The position numbers and the translations under genes are program-made. A model generated the notes under the pieces. The model made no database searches. It saw only the letters and a program-made list of their open reading frames with translations, and was not told where the DNA came from. Below are positions 50,172 to 59,277 of a stretch of DNA of 64,000 bases, in pieces. Source of the DNA: Gracilimonas sp. (lineage in GTDB: Bacteria; Bacteroidota; Rhodothermia; Balneolales; Balneolaceae); assembly GCF_965227785.1 (NCBI RefSeq), contig NZ_OZ245785.1, positions 1,446,293 through 1,510,292 of the forward strand, in the 5' to 3' direction. How positions within the stretch are numbered: position 1 is the stretch's first letter; each line of letters starts with the position of its first letter.

Positions 50172-51284
50172 ATGAATACTACTGAAATTGCCCAAAAAAC
50201 CGACCTTAAAGCATTAACCAAAGAAGAGCTTACCCATTTTTGTAAAGAGCTGGGCTTACAGAGCTTTCGCTCCGACCAGATTTTCCAATGGCTTTACCAA
50301 AAAGGGGTTTCTGATTTTGAAGAAATGACGAATCTCTCTAAAGATCTCAGGGAAAAACTTCGTGAAATCGCTACCATCAATCGTATTAAACCGGTTCAGC
50401 AGCAGGAAAGTAAAGACGGTACCATTAAGTTTCTTTTTAAGCTAAACGATCCCGAAGAGGATTATAAAGTTGAAGCTGTTTTAATCCCGGACTTTTTTGC
50501 TGACGGAGCCGCTCGCCGGCTTACCGTTTGTGTGTCTTCCCAGGTTGGGTGTGTTTTTGGATGTGCCTTCTGTGCAACCGGAAAAATGGGGCTTTTCCGC
50601 AACCTGACCCACGGTGAAATTGTAGATCAGGTGCAATACATCAACGAGCTGGCCGAAGAAAAGTATGGCAAGAAAATCACTAACATTGTGTATATGGGGA
50701 TGGGCGAACCGCTACACAACTATAAAGCCATCACCAATTCAGCCCATATCATTTCAGATCCGCTAAGCATTGAGCTTTCCCCAAAACGAATTACGGTTTC
50801 CACCGTTGGGCTGACCAAGCAGATTAAAAAACTGGCTGATGATCAGGAGGAGTTTAACCTGGCTATTTCCCTTCACGCACCTACAGACGTAAAGCGGGAT
50901 AAGATTATGCCTATCAACAGCTCCATGAACCTGGAAAGCCTGGAAGATGCCGTTAAATATTATTACAAGGCTACTGAGCGATCCATTACCTACGAATACC
51001 TGCTTTTCGACAACTTTAATGACAGCCCCCAGGACGCCCGTGATTTAGCTAAAATTGTAAAGTGGGTGCCCAGCAAGGTGAATATCATTATGTATAACAA
51101 TGTAGCCGGTGTGGAGCTTCAGCGAGCAAGAGAAGACCGGTTGGACAATTTTATGCGTGAACTTATCAAAAATGATGTACGGGCAACTGTTCGAAGAAGT
51201 CGGGGTGATGATATTGACGCCGGCTGTGGTCAACTGGCTATTCGGGAAGGAGCTCCCAAAGGCAAAACGATGGCGAAGAAGTAA
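50172..51284 (+). CDS. rlmN: 23S rRNA/tRNA (adenine-C2)-methyltransferase RlmN
   Basis: Radical SAM CVFGCAFCATG, GMGEPL; C-terminal GDDIDAGCGQL. Confidence 0.9.
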   Translation: MNTTEIAQKTDLKALTKEELTHFCKELGLQSFRSDQIFQWLYQKGVSDFEEMTNLSKDLREKLREIATINRIKPVQQQESKDGTIKFLFKLNDPEEDYKVEAVLIPDFFADGAARRLTVCVSSQVGCVFGCAFCATGKMGLFRNLTHGEIVDQVQYINELAEEKYGKKITNIVYMGMGEPLHNYKAITNSAHIISDPLSIELSPKRITVSTVGLTKQIKKLADDQEEFNLAISLHAPTDVKRDKIMPINSSMNLESLEDAVKYYYKATERSITYEYLLFDNFNDSPQDARDLAKIVKWVPSKVNIIMYNNVAGVELQRAREDRLDNFMRELIKNDVRATVRRSRGDDIDAGCGQLAIREGAPKGKTMAKK

Positions 51285-51294
51285 GATATAGTTT

Positions 51295-51371
51295 TCAGGA
51301 GTCAGGAGTCAGAATTCAGTACTCAGAATACAGAATTCTGACTCCTGTTTTCTGAGTTCTGAATTCTCTTC
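51295..51371. repeat. Eleven in-phase heptamers: six (T/A)CAGNNN units, then five (T/C)CTGNNN-type units, palindromic about the 51336/51337 junction (inside GAATTC 51333-51338)
   Basis: TCAGGAG TCAGGAG TCAGAAT TCAGTAC TCAGAAT ACAGAAT | TCTGACT CCTGTTT TCTGAGT TCTGAAT TCTCTTC. Fills the rlmN/lepB convergent spacer. Confidence 0.9.
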
Positions 51372-51374
51372 CCT

Positions 51375-52478
51375 CTAATCAATCATCGTAAAAATTCGCT
51401 CGAAGCGTGGCACCCAGTTGTCGGTGGAGAACCATACGATAGATGCTTTTCCGATAACATGATCACTTGGTACAAAGCCCCAGAAACGGGAGTCCTGACT
51501 GTTATCGCGGTTATCTCCCATCGCAAAGTAATAATCCTGCTTAATGGTATAGGAATTTGTCTCTTCCCCGTTGATAAAGATCTTTCCGCTTTCTCTCCTG
51601 AGTTCGTTCTTTTCGTATCGCTCAATGATATCTTTATAGATGAACCAGTTATCATTGGTGATTTGAACTTCCTGTCCTTCAAACGGTATCACGATTTCAG
51701 GGAGTTGATCTGAATTGTTGAATGCCCTTGAAAAATCTCCCGAACTCTGCACATAATTTCGATCTACACTGCCCTCAGGTGTCACATTCAAAAACATGGT
51801 ATCCACTTCAGCCCATCCGCTAACAGTTGAAGCCACATCATCTGTCATATTCACCACATAGGTATTGTTGTTGGTGTAACCGATGAGTTCTCCGCCAACC
51901 GATTCCATTTTAGCATTACTCAGGCGTACTCTCTCTGCCATTCGCACCACATAATGTCGCTGTACACCTTCATGCTGCACCGCTTTTTCTCCGTTGATGT
52001 AAAGGATTTTGTCCTGGATTGAGATGGTATCTCCGGGAATAGCTACAGCTCTTTTGATATAATTTGTTTTTTGGGAGACAGGCTTTACTTCCCACGGCAC
52101 ATTAAATACAAAAATATCGTTTCGTTCTACATCACGGAAACCAGGCAGTCGGGTCCATGGAAGCTGAACACCTGGCACGCACCATCCCTGCAAAAAAGGC
52201 ACACACAATCCCATGGGGGTTCTGGGACCGTAGGTTACATTGGATACGATGAGCAAGTCACCCGTCATCAGTGTTTTCTCCATAGAAGGAGTGGGGATCT
52301 TGTACGACCCGAACAGAAAAGCCCTAAGAATAGCCGCAGCAATAAACGCAAAGACTATGGCATCTACCCACTCTCGCAGCCATGATTTAGCCTTCTTATT
52401 TTCTTCTTCTTTCTTTTCCTTCCTTTTCTTCCAATATGAGCTGATTCCCTGCTCTTCGGGATTTTTATTTTCTTCCAA
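51375..52478 (-). CDS. lepB: Signal peptidase I
   Basis: IPTPSMEKTL (Ser box), YIKRAVAIPGD (Lys box), GDNRDNSQDSRFWGFV. Confidence 0.85.
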   Translation of the reverse strand: MEENKNPEEQGISSYWKKRKEKKEEENKKAKSWLREWVDAIVFAFIAAAILRAFLFGSYKIPTPSMEKTLMTGDLLIVSNVTYGPRTPMGLCVPFLQGWCVPGVQLPWTRLPGFRDVERNDIFVFNVPWEVKPVSQKTNYIKRAVAIPGDTISIQDKILYINGEKAVQHEGVQRHYVVRMAERVRLSNAKMESVGGELIGYTNNNTYVVNMTDDVASTVSGWAEVDTMFLNVTPEGSVDRNYVQSSGDFSRAFNNSDQLPEIVIPFEGQEVQITNDNWFIYKDIIERYEKNELRRESGKIFINGEETNSYTIKQDYYFAMGDNRDNSQDSRFWGFVPSDHVIGKASIVWFSTDNWVPRFERIFTMID

Positions 52479-52492
52479 CTTCGGGGTATTTA

Positions 52493-53074
52493 TTATGTTT
52501 TGATATGAGAGGGCTTCTTGATTTCCTCTTTCTTGTATTCGCCGGCCTCATAGGAAACTTTATACCACTGTCCTCTTTCCGGTGAATAAAAGTAGTCAAC
52601 GTATTCTTTGGGTGATGTATCCCGTAATTCTTTAGTCAGTGTTCGTTTCACCTGTGGCATTAAATCCACATAGCGACTGGCACCTACATATACCAGCCCA
52701 TCATCAAACGGGCCTTCGAGATCGAGCACCATCATTGGAATATATCCATCAATGATGAACCAATATTCAAATTGTATTGATTTCCCATCCCGTAAGTATC
52801 CATCTTTTTCAATGATATCTTCCACCTTTTGGGTTGGATCGCCATACGCTCCCTGCAGAACAGCACGAATTTCGATTGCGGGCATTCGGTCCAGTTCATT
52901 ATAATTGAATCCTTGCCCGGTCCATTTTATATCAGCAAATCGTGACTGGAACTCCGCCCTGTCTTCATTACTCACTTTCTTGATATCCGGCTCCTCGAAC
53001 TGTGCCTGAGCAGCCGTAGATATCATCACCATCATTACAAAAAAGAAAAAGAATTGTTTCGTCAATCTCTGCAT
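52493..53074 (-). CDS. Hypothetical secreted protein
   Basis: Signal peptide ending AQAQ; sits between lepA and lepB; no domain recognised. Confidence 0.55.
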   Translation of the reverse strand: MQRLTKQFFFFFVMMVMISTAAQAQFEEPDIKKVSNEDRAEFQSRFADIKWTGQGFNYNELDRMPAIEIRAVLQGAYGDPTQKVEDIIEKDGYLRDGKSIQFEYWFIIDGYIPMMVLDLEGPFDDGLVYVGASRYVDLMPQVKRTLTKELRDTSPKEYVDYFYSPERGQWYKVSYEAGEYKKEEIKKPSHIKT

Positions 53075-53080
53075 AAGAAT

Positions 53081-54886
53081 CTATCTGTCGTCTTCGTCCA
53101 TAGATAGCACGGCAAGGAATGCTTCCTGAGGTATTTCAACCGTACCTACCTGTTTCATTCGTTTTTTACCTTCTTTCTGTTTTTCAAGCAACTTTCGTTT
53201 TCTGGAAATATCACCACCGTAACATTTCGCGGTAACGTCTTTTCGCATCGCGCGAACGGTATCACGGGCAATCACCCGGTTTCCGATAGCCGCCTGTACA
53301 GCTACTTCAAACTGTTGCTGAGGAATAAGTTCCTTTAATTTTCCACAAACTTTACGTCCAAGGTAATAGGCCTTATCACGGTGGGTAATGCTTGACAATG
53401 CATCCACCTGGTCGCCGTTCAGCATGATGTCCAAACGCACAAGATCGCCTTTTCGGTATTCGATAAATTCATAATCGAGAGAAGCATATCCGCGGGTTCC
53501 TGATTTCAACCGATCATAGAAATCAAAAACAACTTCAGCCATCGGCAGTTCATACGTAATTTCGACGCGATTATTTTGCATGAACAGCTGGTTTACATAA
53601 ATCCCCCTCCGCTCCTGGCATAATTTCATAATCGGGCCAATGTAATCAGCCGGAGTAATGATACTCGCCTTAATGTATGGCTCATAGATAGCTTCGATGT
53701 CGCCGGCACCGGGCATCTGGCTTGGGTTATCTACTTCAATCCGGTTACCACTTTCAACCAGCTCCACTTCGTACTGCACATTGGGAACCGTGGTAATAAT
53801 ATCGATATCAAACTCACGATCGAGGCGCTCTTGTACAATTTCCATATGCAGAAGTCCGAGGAATCCGGCACGAAATCCAAAACCCAGTGCCTTCGAGGTT
53901 TCCGGTTCATAGGTCAGGGAAGCATCGTTCAGCTGAAGTTTTTCAAGGGCAGCGCGCAGGTCTTCAAAATCGTCGGAATCAGTCGGGAAGATTCCACTGA
54001 ACACCATGGGTTTGGCTTCCTGGTAACCCGGAATAGGTTCTTTAGCGGGGTCATCCACTTTGGTGATGGTATCACCCACACGAACGTCCTGCAGGGATTT
54101 CACACTCCCGATTACATATCCTACTTCACCGGCGTGCAATTCTTTGGTGGGCTCCTGCTTCATTTTCAGGTAGCCAATCTCTTCGGCATTATACTCCTCA
54201 TGATTAGACATGAATTTGAAGAGATCTCCTTTTCGAAGTACACCCTCCATTACCCGTACGTACGCTACCGAACCCCGGTAGGTATTAAAAACGGAGTCAA
54301 AAATAAGTGCACGAAGTGGCTTGTCTTCTTCTCTTTTGGGGCCGGGAACTTTCTTTACAATTTCTTCGAGAAGCATATCCACTCCTTCCCCGGTTTTCCC
54401 GGATACGTGAAGAATGTCTTCGTATTCACACCCGATCATATCCACAATCTGCTGTCCCACCCCTTCAGGATCGGCGCCGGGCAAGTCAATTTTGTTCAAC
54501 ACCGGGATAATCTCCAGGTCTTGGTCGATTGCCTGATATAGGTTTGAAATGGTTTGGGCTTCAATCCCCTGTGCGGCATCAACAACAAGAATAGCACCTT
54601 CACACGCTTTTAACGCACGGGATACTTCGTAGGCAAAATCAACGTGGCCGGGGGTGTCAATCAGGTTGAAGATATAGTCGTTACCATCCGGGCTTTTGTA
54701 ATCCATTCGGATGGCGTGACTTTTAATAGTAATACCACGCTCACGCTCCAAATCCATGTCATCCAGCATTTGCTCTTTCATCTCCCGCTCGCTGATGGCG
54801 CCGGTAAGCTGAAGAAGTCGGTCTGCTAAGGTTGATTTCCCATGATCAATATGGGCAATGATGCAAAAGTTTCGAATGTTATTCAT
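53081..54886 (-). CDS. lepA: Translation elongation factor 4
   Basis: [28 protein letters not shown]; LepA-specific C-terminal domain. Confidence 0.95.
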   Translation of the reverse strand: MNNIRNFCIIAHIDHGKSTLADRLLQLTGAISEREMKEQMLDDMDLERERGITIKSHAIRMDYKSPDGNDYIFNLIDTPGHVDFAYEVSRALKACEGAILVVDAAQGIEAQTISNLYQAIDQDLEIIPVLNKIDLPGADPEGVGQQIVDMIGCEYEDILHVSGKTGEGVDMLLEEIVKKVPGPKREEDKPLRALIFDSVFNTYRGSVAYVRVMEGVLRKGDLFKFMSNHEEYNAEEIGYLKMKQEPTKELHAGEVGYVIGSVKSLQDVRVGDTITKVDDPAKEPIPGYQEAKPMVFSGIFPTDSDDFEDLRAALEKLQLNDASLTYEPETSKALGFGFRAGFLGLLHMEIVQERLDREFDIDIITTVPNVQYEVELVESGNRIEVDNPSQMPGAGDIEAIYEPYIKASIITPADYIGPIMKLCQERRGIYVNQLFMQNNRVEITYELPMAEVVFDFYDRLKSGTRGYASLDYEFIEYRKGDLVRLDIMLNGDQVDALSSITHRDKAYYLGRKVCGKLKELIPQQQFEVAVQAAIGNRVIARDTVRAMRKDVTAKCYGGDISRKRKLLEKQKEGKKRMKQVGTVEIPQEAFLAVLSMDEDDR

Positions 54887-54975
54887 GTGCGGAATTCGGT
54901 GCGTCTCACTTTAAATAACAAAGATACAAAGAAGGCAGGAGCTGTTAAAATTTCGTTATCAAAGAAAATATACTT

Positions 54976-55050
54976 AGTTATTCGTTATTCGAATTATCGA
55001 AATAGTTAACCATTCCAACTAAAAAGTGTAATCTGATTACGAATAACGAA
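54976..55050. repeat. CGTTATT heptamer array plus its inverted copy, downstream of hisE
   Basis: AGTTATT CGTTATT CGAATTA TCGAAAT. TTCGTTATTCG (54981-54991) is the exact reverse complement of CGAATAACGAA (55040-55050). Confidence 0.8.
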
Positions 55051-55051
55051 A

Positions 55052-55402
55052 TCACTCTCCGATGTGCTTGTGGGTACCTTTGTCGTGCCGTTTACGCAGC
55101 CTTTTTATAACTTTGTGAAGGGGAATTTCTTTTTCTGCAAGCAACAGCATGAGGTGAAAAATCAGATCTGCCGCCTCGTTGATCGTCTCTTTATCTTTGG
55201 TATTCTTTGAAGCGATTACAGTTTCAACGGCTTCTTCTCCGACTTTTTGGGCTATTTTATCAATGCCTTTTTTGTACATGGATGTAGTGTAGGAACCATC
55301 CGGCATTTCAGACTTTCTGTCGTAGAGCAATTCTTCCAACTCTTTCAGAAATTTCAAGTCCTTTTTTGTCAGTGTTTTAATATCAGCCATTTCTAAACTC
55401 AT
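55052..55402 (-). CDS. hisE: Stand-alone phosphoribosyl-ATP pyrophosphohydrolase-like protein (HisE / MazG-type all-alpha NTP-PPase)
   Basis: SYTTSMYKKGIDKIAQKVGEEAVETVIA...EAADLIFHLMLLL...VIKRLRKRH matches the HisE signature. Confidence 0.8.
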   Translation of the reverse strand: MSLEMADIKTLTKKDLKFLKELEELLYDRKSEMPDGSYTTSMYKKGIDKIAQKVGEEAVETVIASKNTKDKETINEAADLIFHLMLLLAEKEIPLHKVIKRLRKRHDKGTHKHIGE

Positions 55403-55487
55403 GTATGCTTTTATTTGCGGGTGTGAAGTTCACCATTTTATGCCACCCAAACAACGGTTTTTCTAAAATTTAATACTGGGGTAAAGC

Positions 55488-55521
55488 TCTCGTTATTCGT
55501 TATTCAGTCGTTGGTCGTTGG
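55488..55521. repeat. CGTTATT / TCGTTGG heptamer array upstream of hisE
   Basis: CGTTATT CGTTATT CAG TCGTTGG TCGTTGG. TCGTTATTCG (55490-55499) is inverted relative to 55040-55050. Confidence 0.8.
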
Positions 55522-55530
55522 AAATTAAAC

Positions 55531-56715
55531 TCATTCCTCCCCATACCCCGTCATCTCAATGTAGCCTTGTCCTCCAACTTCATCCCCATCCATGCTTCCA
55601 GTTACAGATATAGTTCCTTCATAGTACCGAACCGATACATCCATTTCCTGATCATCGAAAAGAGTTGCCAATTCAAGTCGCAGATTTTCTGAAGGAATTT
55701 CCATTACCCACTTAGATGGATACTCCGCTCCGCTGTGAGGACTCTCCCAACTGTCCAGCACACTCAAATTCACTTCACCGGGGTTTATAGTTGTTTTATT
55801 TCCTTCCGGATCAATAAGCGAGCCTGTTGTGAATGTACTAACAGATCCGTCGGCATTTCTGAGCTGGTAATACATCAGGTCATAGCCGTTTGAAAGCTGA
55901 ATGGAAAACCAGTCCCAGCCCTCCTGATCTTCGCCCAATGCAGAAGTACTCCACTCATGATCCATCCAGCTCTGCCCCTCTACCTCATAATTTACTCCAT
56001 TCATGGTAATTGATCCTTGGGCATCCATACGGGTAAAGGACAAATAATAAGACGCATTTCCTTCTCCGGGTCCCTTTTTGTCATAGCCATTTTCTCCCTG
56101 AAGGGTTAATGGCTTTGCGGGGGTTATCTCCAGATTGATTGCTGAGCCATCATCCATAACCGCCTCAATTCGAACCGGGAAGTTTTTATCATCGGAATTT
56201 TCAGGATTGAGCCGGGATATCTCCCAGTCTTCCAGCCAAATTCTAAAAGGATCAGGCTGTGCACCGGCCAGTCCTGCAGCTCCCCGGCTGTACCGTTCAT
56301 CATAAACATGATTTTCTTCCTGTACGTCGGAAATGGCAAAATGCCCGAGATAAAGCTGATCCGTATTCCACTCTTCGCCCAGGGCAGTCCCGGCTTCGCC
56401 ACTATCGGGTGGATTTAACTGACTTCGAAAAATGGTGAATTGATACCCAAACTGACGGCCTTGTTCTGTAAACAGATTACCTGTGTAGTACCACCATTCC
56501 GTCCTGTATCCGGGATGAGGACCGTGATCATCAGGAAAAATAAATTCTCTTGGCCCCGTTGCCCTCAGGTATCCTTCCTCATCACCTCCTCCCATCGCTT
56601 CTGCTACTGAGACTTTGGCCGTAATCTCTTTATCATCTTGTGTTATAAAGTACAGGCTTCCCGTGGCAAGAAGTATCGCAATCGCTGATATCCAAATAAC
56701 TTTCTTCATAGACAT
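55531..56715 (-). CDS. AttH-like lipocalin/CrtC-domain protein, exported
   Basis: FPDDHGPHPGYRTEWWYYTGNL...GYQFTIFR signature of the AttH / hydroxyneurosporene-synthase-like family. Confidence 0.7.
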   Translation of the reverse strand: MSMKKVIWISAIAILLATGSLYFITQDDKEITAKVSVAEAMGGGDEEGYLRATGPREFIFPDDHGPHPGYRTEWWYYTGNLFTEQGRQFGYQFTIFRSQLNPPDSGEAGTALGEEWNTDQLYLGHFAISDVQEENHVYDERYSRGAAGLAGAQPDPFRIWLEDWEISRLNPENSDDKNFPVRIEAVMDDGSAINLEITPAKPLTLQGENGYDKKGPGEGNASYYLSFTRMDAQGSITMNGVNYEVEGQSWMDHEWSTSALGEDQEGWDWFSIQLSNGYDLMYYQLRNADGSVSTFTTGSLIDPEGNKTTINPGEVNLSVLDSWESPHSGAEYPSKWVMEIPSENLRLELATLFDDQEMDVSVRYYEGTISVTGSMDGDEVGGQGYIEMTGYGEE

Positions 56716-56724
56716 TCTTCTTAT

Positions 56725-59277
56725 TTAATCGTTTCTGAGAGCATCTGCCGGATTTGCCTGAGCCATTTTCCATGATGGATAGATTCCCGCCAGCAGAGCT
56801 GCAATTACAGCAAGCCCAAAAGCCTGAAGCAGAACTTCTGGAGTAATCATGAATTGTAAGGTCCACCCAAAGGAGCGAAGGTTGATTACATACACCAATA
56901 CGTAGGCCATTAAAATTCCAAGAGGAACGGAAAGCAGCCCGGCCATTATACCCATCACCCCGGTTTGAGTGACCACATAATTCCATAGCTGTCCGGGCGT
57001 CATCCCGTTAGCTCTTAACACCGCCAGCTCTCTCGAGCGCTCCAACTGGAGTGCCATTAACGCCGACAGAACTCCGATAAATGCAACTAAAATGGCCAGC
57101 ATTCGGAGGACCACCGTTACCGTAAATGTGCGATCAAAAATTTCTATCGAAGCTTCTCTCAACCCTTTGTTGGACCTAATAAAAACTTCCTGCATCCCGG
57201 CAGAGTTCTCCCTCAGCCGTTCTACCAATGTTTCAACTTCCACCCCCGATTCTGCATATAGCGCCAGACCGGAGATAGCATCATCATCAAAAAATTGGTT
57301 ATAGACATCCCTGCTAATAGTTATCGTCCCGATGTCGGATGCGTAGTCAAAATTTATGGCCTGAATGGTAAGGTTCTGATCTCCAATATCGGTTTCTATG
57401 ATCAGCGTATCTCCCAGACTCACCCCGTTCCGATAGGCATATACTTCCGAGACCATCACGATGTTTTCTTCGGTGAATTGTTGCCAAAAATCGTCAGCTT
57501 TTGATTTCAACTGATAGGCCTGTTCAACTTTTGGCCCCTGATTAATGGCCACTAAATTATCGGTCCCATTATTCGTTCGAACTTCTACGCTCCGCACCGT
57601 TCCGGCATCTTCAACTCCTTCTGTTTGGCGGAGCAAATCTACCAATTCAGGCTCCAGCGTGGCATCAGCTTTGCGTGATACCGAGCTGGGTGGCTGTACA
57701 TACACATCAGCCTGAAGCTGAGCTTCAAGCCAGGAAACGACCGTGGTCCTGAAGCTATCCACCATTACCCCAACGCCAACCGTTGCTGCAACGGCCACCA
57801 CCAATGCCGCAATGGCAACTGATGTTCGGCTCAATTCAGTAACTACTCCTCGAACGGCCATTTTTCCAATCAATCCGCTTAGTGCCCCAAATATCGGTCG
57901 CAGTAGCTTAGCCAAACCAACAATAATCAGTGGTACAAATAGTGAAAAGCCAACTATCATAAACAGCAATGAAGAATACCCGGCGGCAATGCCTCCCTCA
58001 GGAATTAAAAGAATTAAACCTCCACCTGCGCCAATCATCAAACCTAAAAGTGCGATTGGTGATATTCGGGATGAAATTTTTGATTCGTTGGATGATCGCC
58101 TTAATACCGTTGACACTTCCGCTTCTGAGGCTTCTCTTGCCGGCCAAAATGCTGCGATCAGAGTAGCACCTATTCCAAGTACGATACCTTTCGCCAGCGG
58201 AAATAATCCAATAGATAATTCTTGTACAGATAACACAAAATATAAGTCGTTAATGGATTGAGTCACCAGCTTCACCAACACCTGAGCCAGAAATATGCCG
58301 GCTACCATTCCCACTGTGGTTCCCAAAAACCCAATCAGTAATGCTTCTTTAAGTACCGTTGTTAAGATTTCGGATTTGGTTACTCCCAAAGCCCTAAGCC
58401 GGCCAATTAACGGGCGGCGCTGAACCACCGAAAAGGTCATTGTATTGTAGATCAAAAACATTCCAACCAACAAAGCAAGCATACTGAGAGCTTGTAAGTT
58501 GAATTCAAAAGCCCGGGTCATTTGCTCCACGGTTTCCGTACGGGATTCAGACCGAACTATGGAAGCCCCTTCCGGCAACACTGATTGAATTCTTTTCTTT
58601 AGTGCTTCTTCAGAATCTTGTGAGAGAATAAGGTCAATACGGGTGAGGCTCCCTTCCATGTTGAACAATCTCTGAGCTGTATTTACATCTACAACTAACA
58701 GGCTTTCCAGAGCCTGCTGGCTTCGGTCATCTTCGGCTTCAATCAATCCAATTAACTGAATAGAAAAAGGGCGACCACCAACAGTAACACGGATTGAATT
58801 ACCAACTTCTGCATTCAGTTGGTCAGCAACAGATTGCGCTACCAGCCCGGTATTATCACCGCTTATAAAATCGGATAATTCAATTCCGGCTTGCTGACTG
58901 GCATAGTCCCGGAATGGAGCTTCTGCAATCGGATCAACCCCAAGCACCTGAAATGTTCGATTCATTCCTTCCACCTGAGCATATCCCTCAACTACCGGAG
59001 CTGATTTCCTGAGTCCGGCTTTAATTCTTATATCCCGGTAGGTTTCATCCGGAAGGTCTTCCGCAGCTCCGCGAATTTGATGAGTAGCCTTTCCGGTTAC
59101 GGCAGCTGTTGAAAGCTCAAATGCTTTTTCGGCACTGCTGTTGGATAGGTCGATGGATACAACAACGGCCACACCTAATGCCACACCCAATATGGAAAGG
59201 GCAAAATGCCAGGGGTGGCGCAGCAGAAAACGCAGACTGGAAAGCCAGAGTATATTGGAGTTGTTTGAACTGCTCAT
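56725..59277 (-). CDS. ABC transporter permease with two FtsX domains (AttF/G-like, 850 aa)
   Basis: Two 4-TM FtsX modules, each preceded by a large periplasmic domain; overlaps the ATPase gene by 4 nt. Confidence 0.85.
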   Translation of the reverse strand: MSSSNNSNILWLSSLRFLLRHPWHFALSILGVALGVAVVVSIDLSNSSAEKAFELSTAAVTGKATHQIRGAAEDLPDETYRDIRIKAGLRKSAPVVEGYAQVEGMNRTFQVLGVDPIAEAPFRDYASQQAGIELSDFISGDNTGLVAQSVADQLNAEVGNSIRVTVGGRPFSIQLIGLIEAEDDRSQQALESLLVVDVNTAQRLFNMEGSLTRIDLILSQDSEEALKKRIQSVLPEGASIVRSESRTETVEQMTRAFEFNLQALSMLALLVGMFLIYNTMTFSVVQRRPLIGRLRALGVTKSEILTTVLKEALLIGFLGTTVGMVAGIFLAQVLVKLVTQSINDLYFVLSVQELSIGLFPLAKGIVLGIGATLIAAFWPAREASEAEVSTVLRRSSNESKISSRISPIALLGLMIGAGGGLILLIPEGGIAAGYSSLLFMIVGFSLFVPLIIVGLAKLLRPIFGALSGLIGKMAVRGVVTELSRTSVAIAALVVAVAATVGVGVMVDSFRTTVVSWLEAQLQADVYVQPPSSVSRKADATLEPELVDLLRQTEGVEDAGTVRSVEVRTNNGTDNLVAINQGPKVEQAYQLKSKADDFWQQFTEENIVMVSEVYAYRNGVSLGDTLIIETDIGDQNLTIQAINFDYASDIGTITISRDVYNQFFDDDAISGLALYAESGVEVETLVERLRENSAGMQEVFIRSNKGLREASIEIFDRTFTVTVVLRMLAILVAFIGVLSALMALQLERSRELAVLRANGMTPGQLWNYVVTQTGVMGIMAGLLSVPLGILMAYVLVYVINLRSFGWTLQFMITPEVLLQAFGLAVIAALLAGIYPSWKMAQANPADALRND

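Noticed and set aside
53831-54541. 236-aa plus-strand ORF inside lepA
   Set aside because: It is antisense to highly conserved LepA and has no recognisable motifs.
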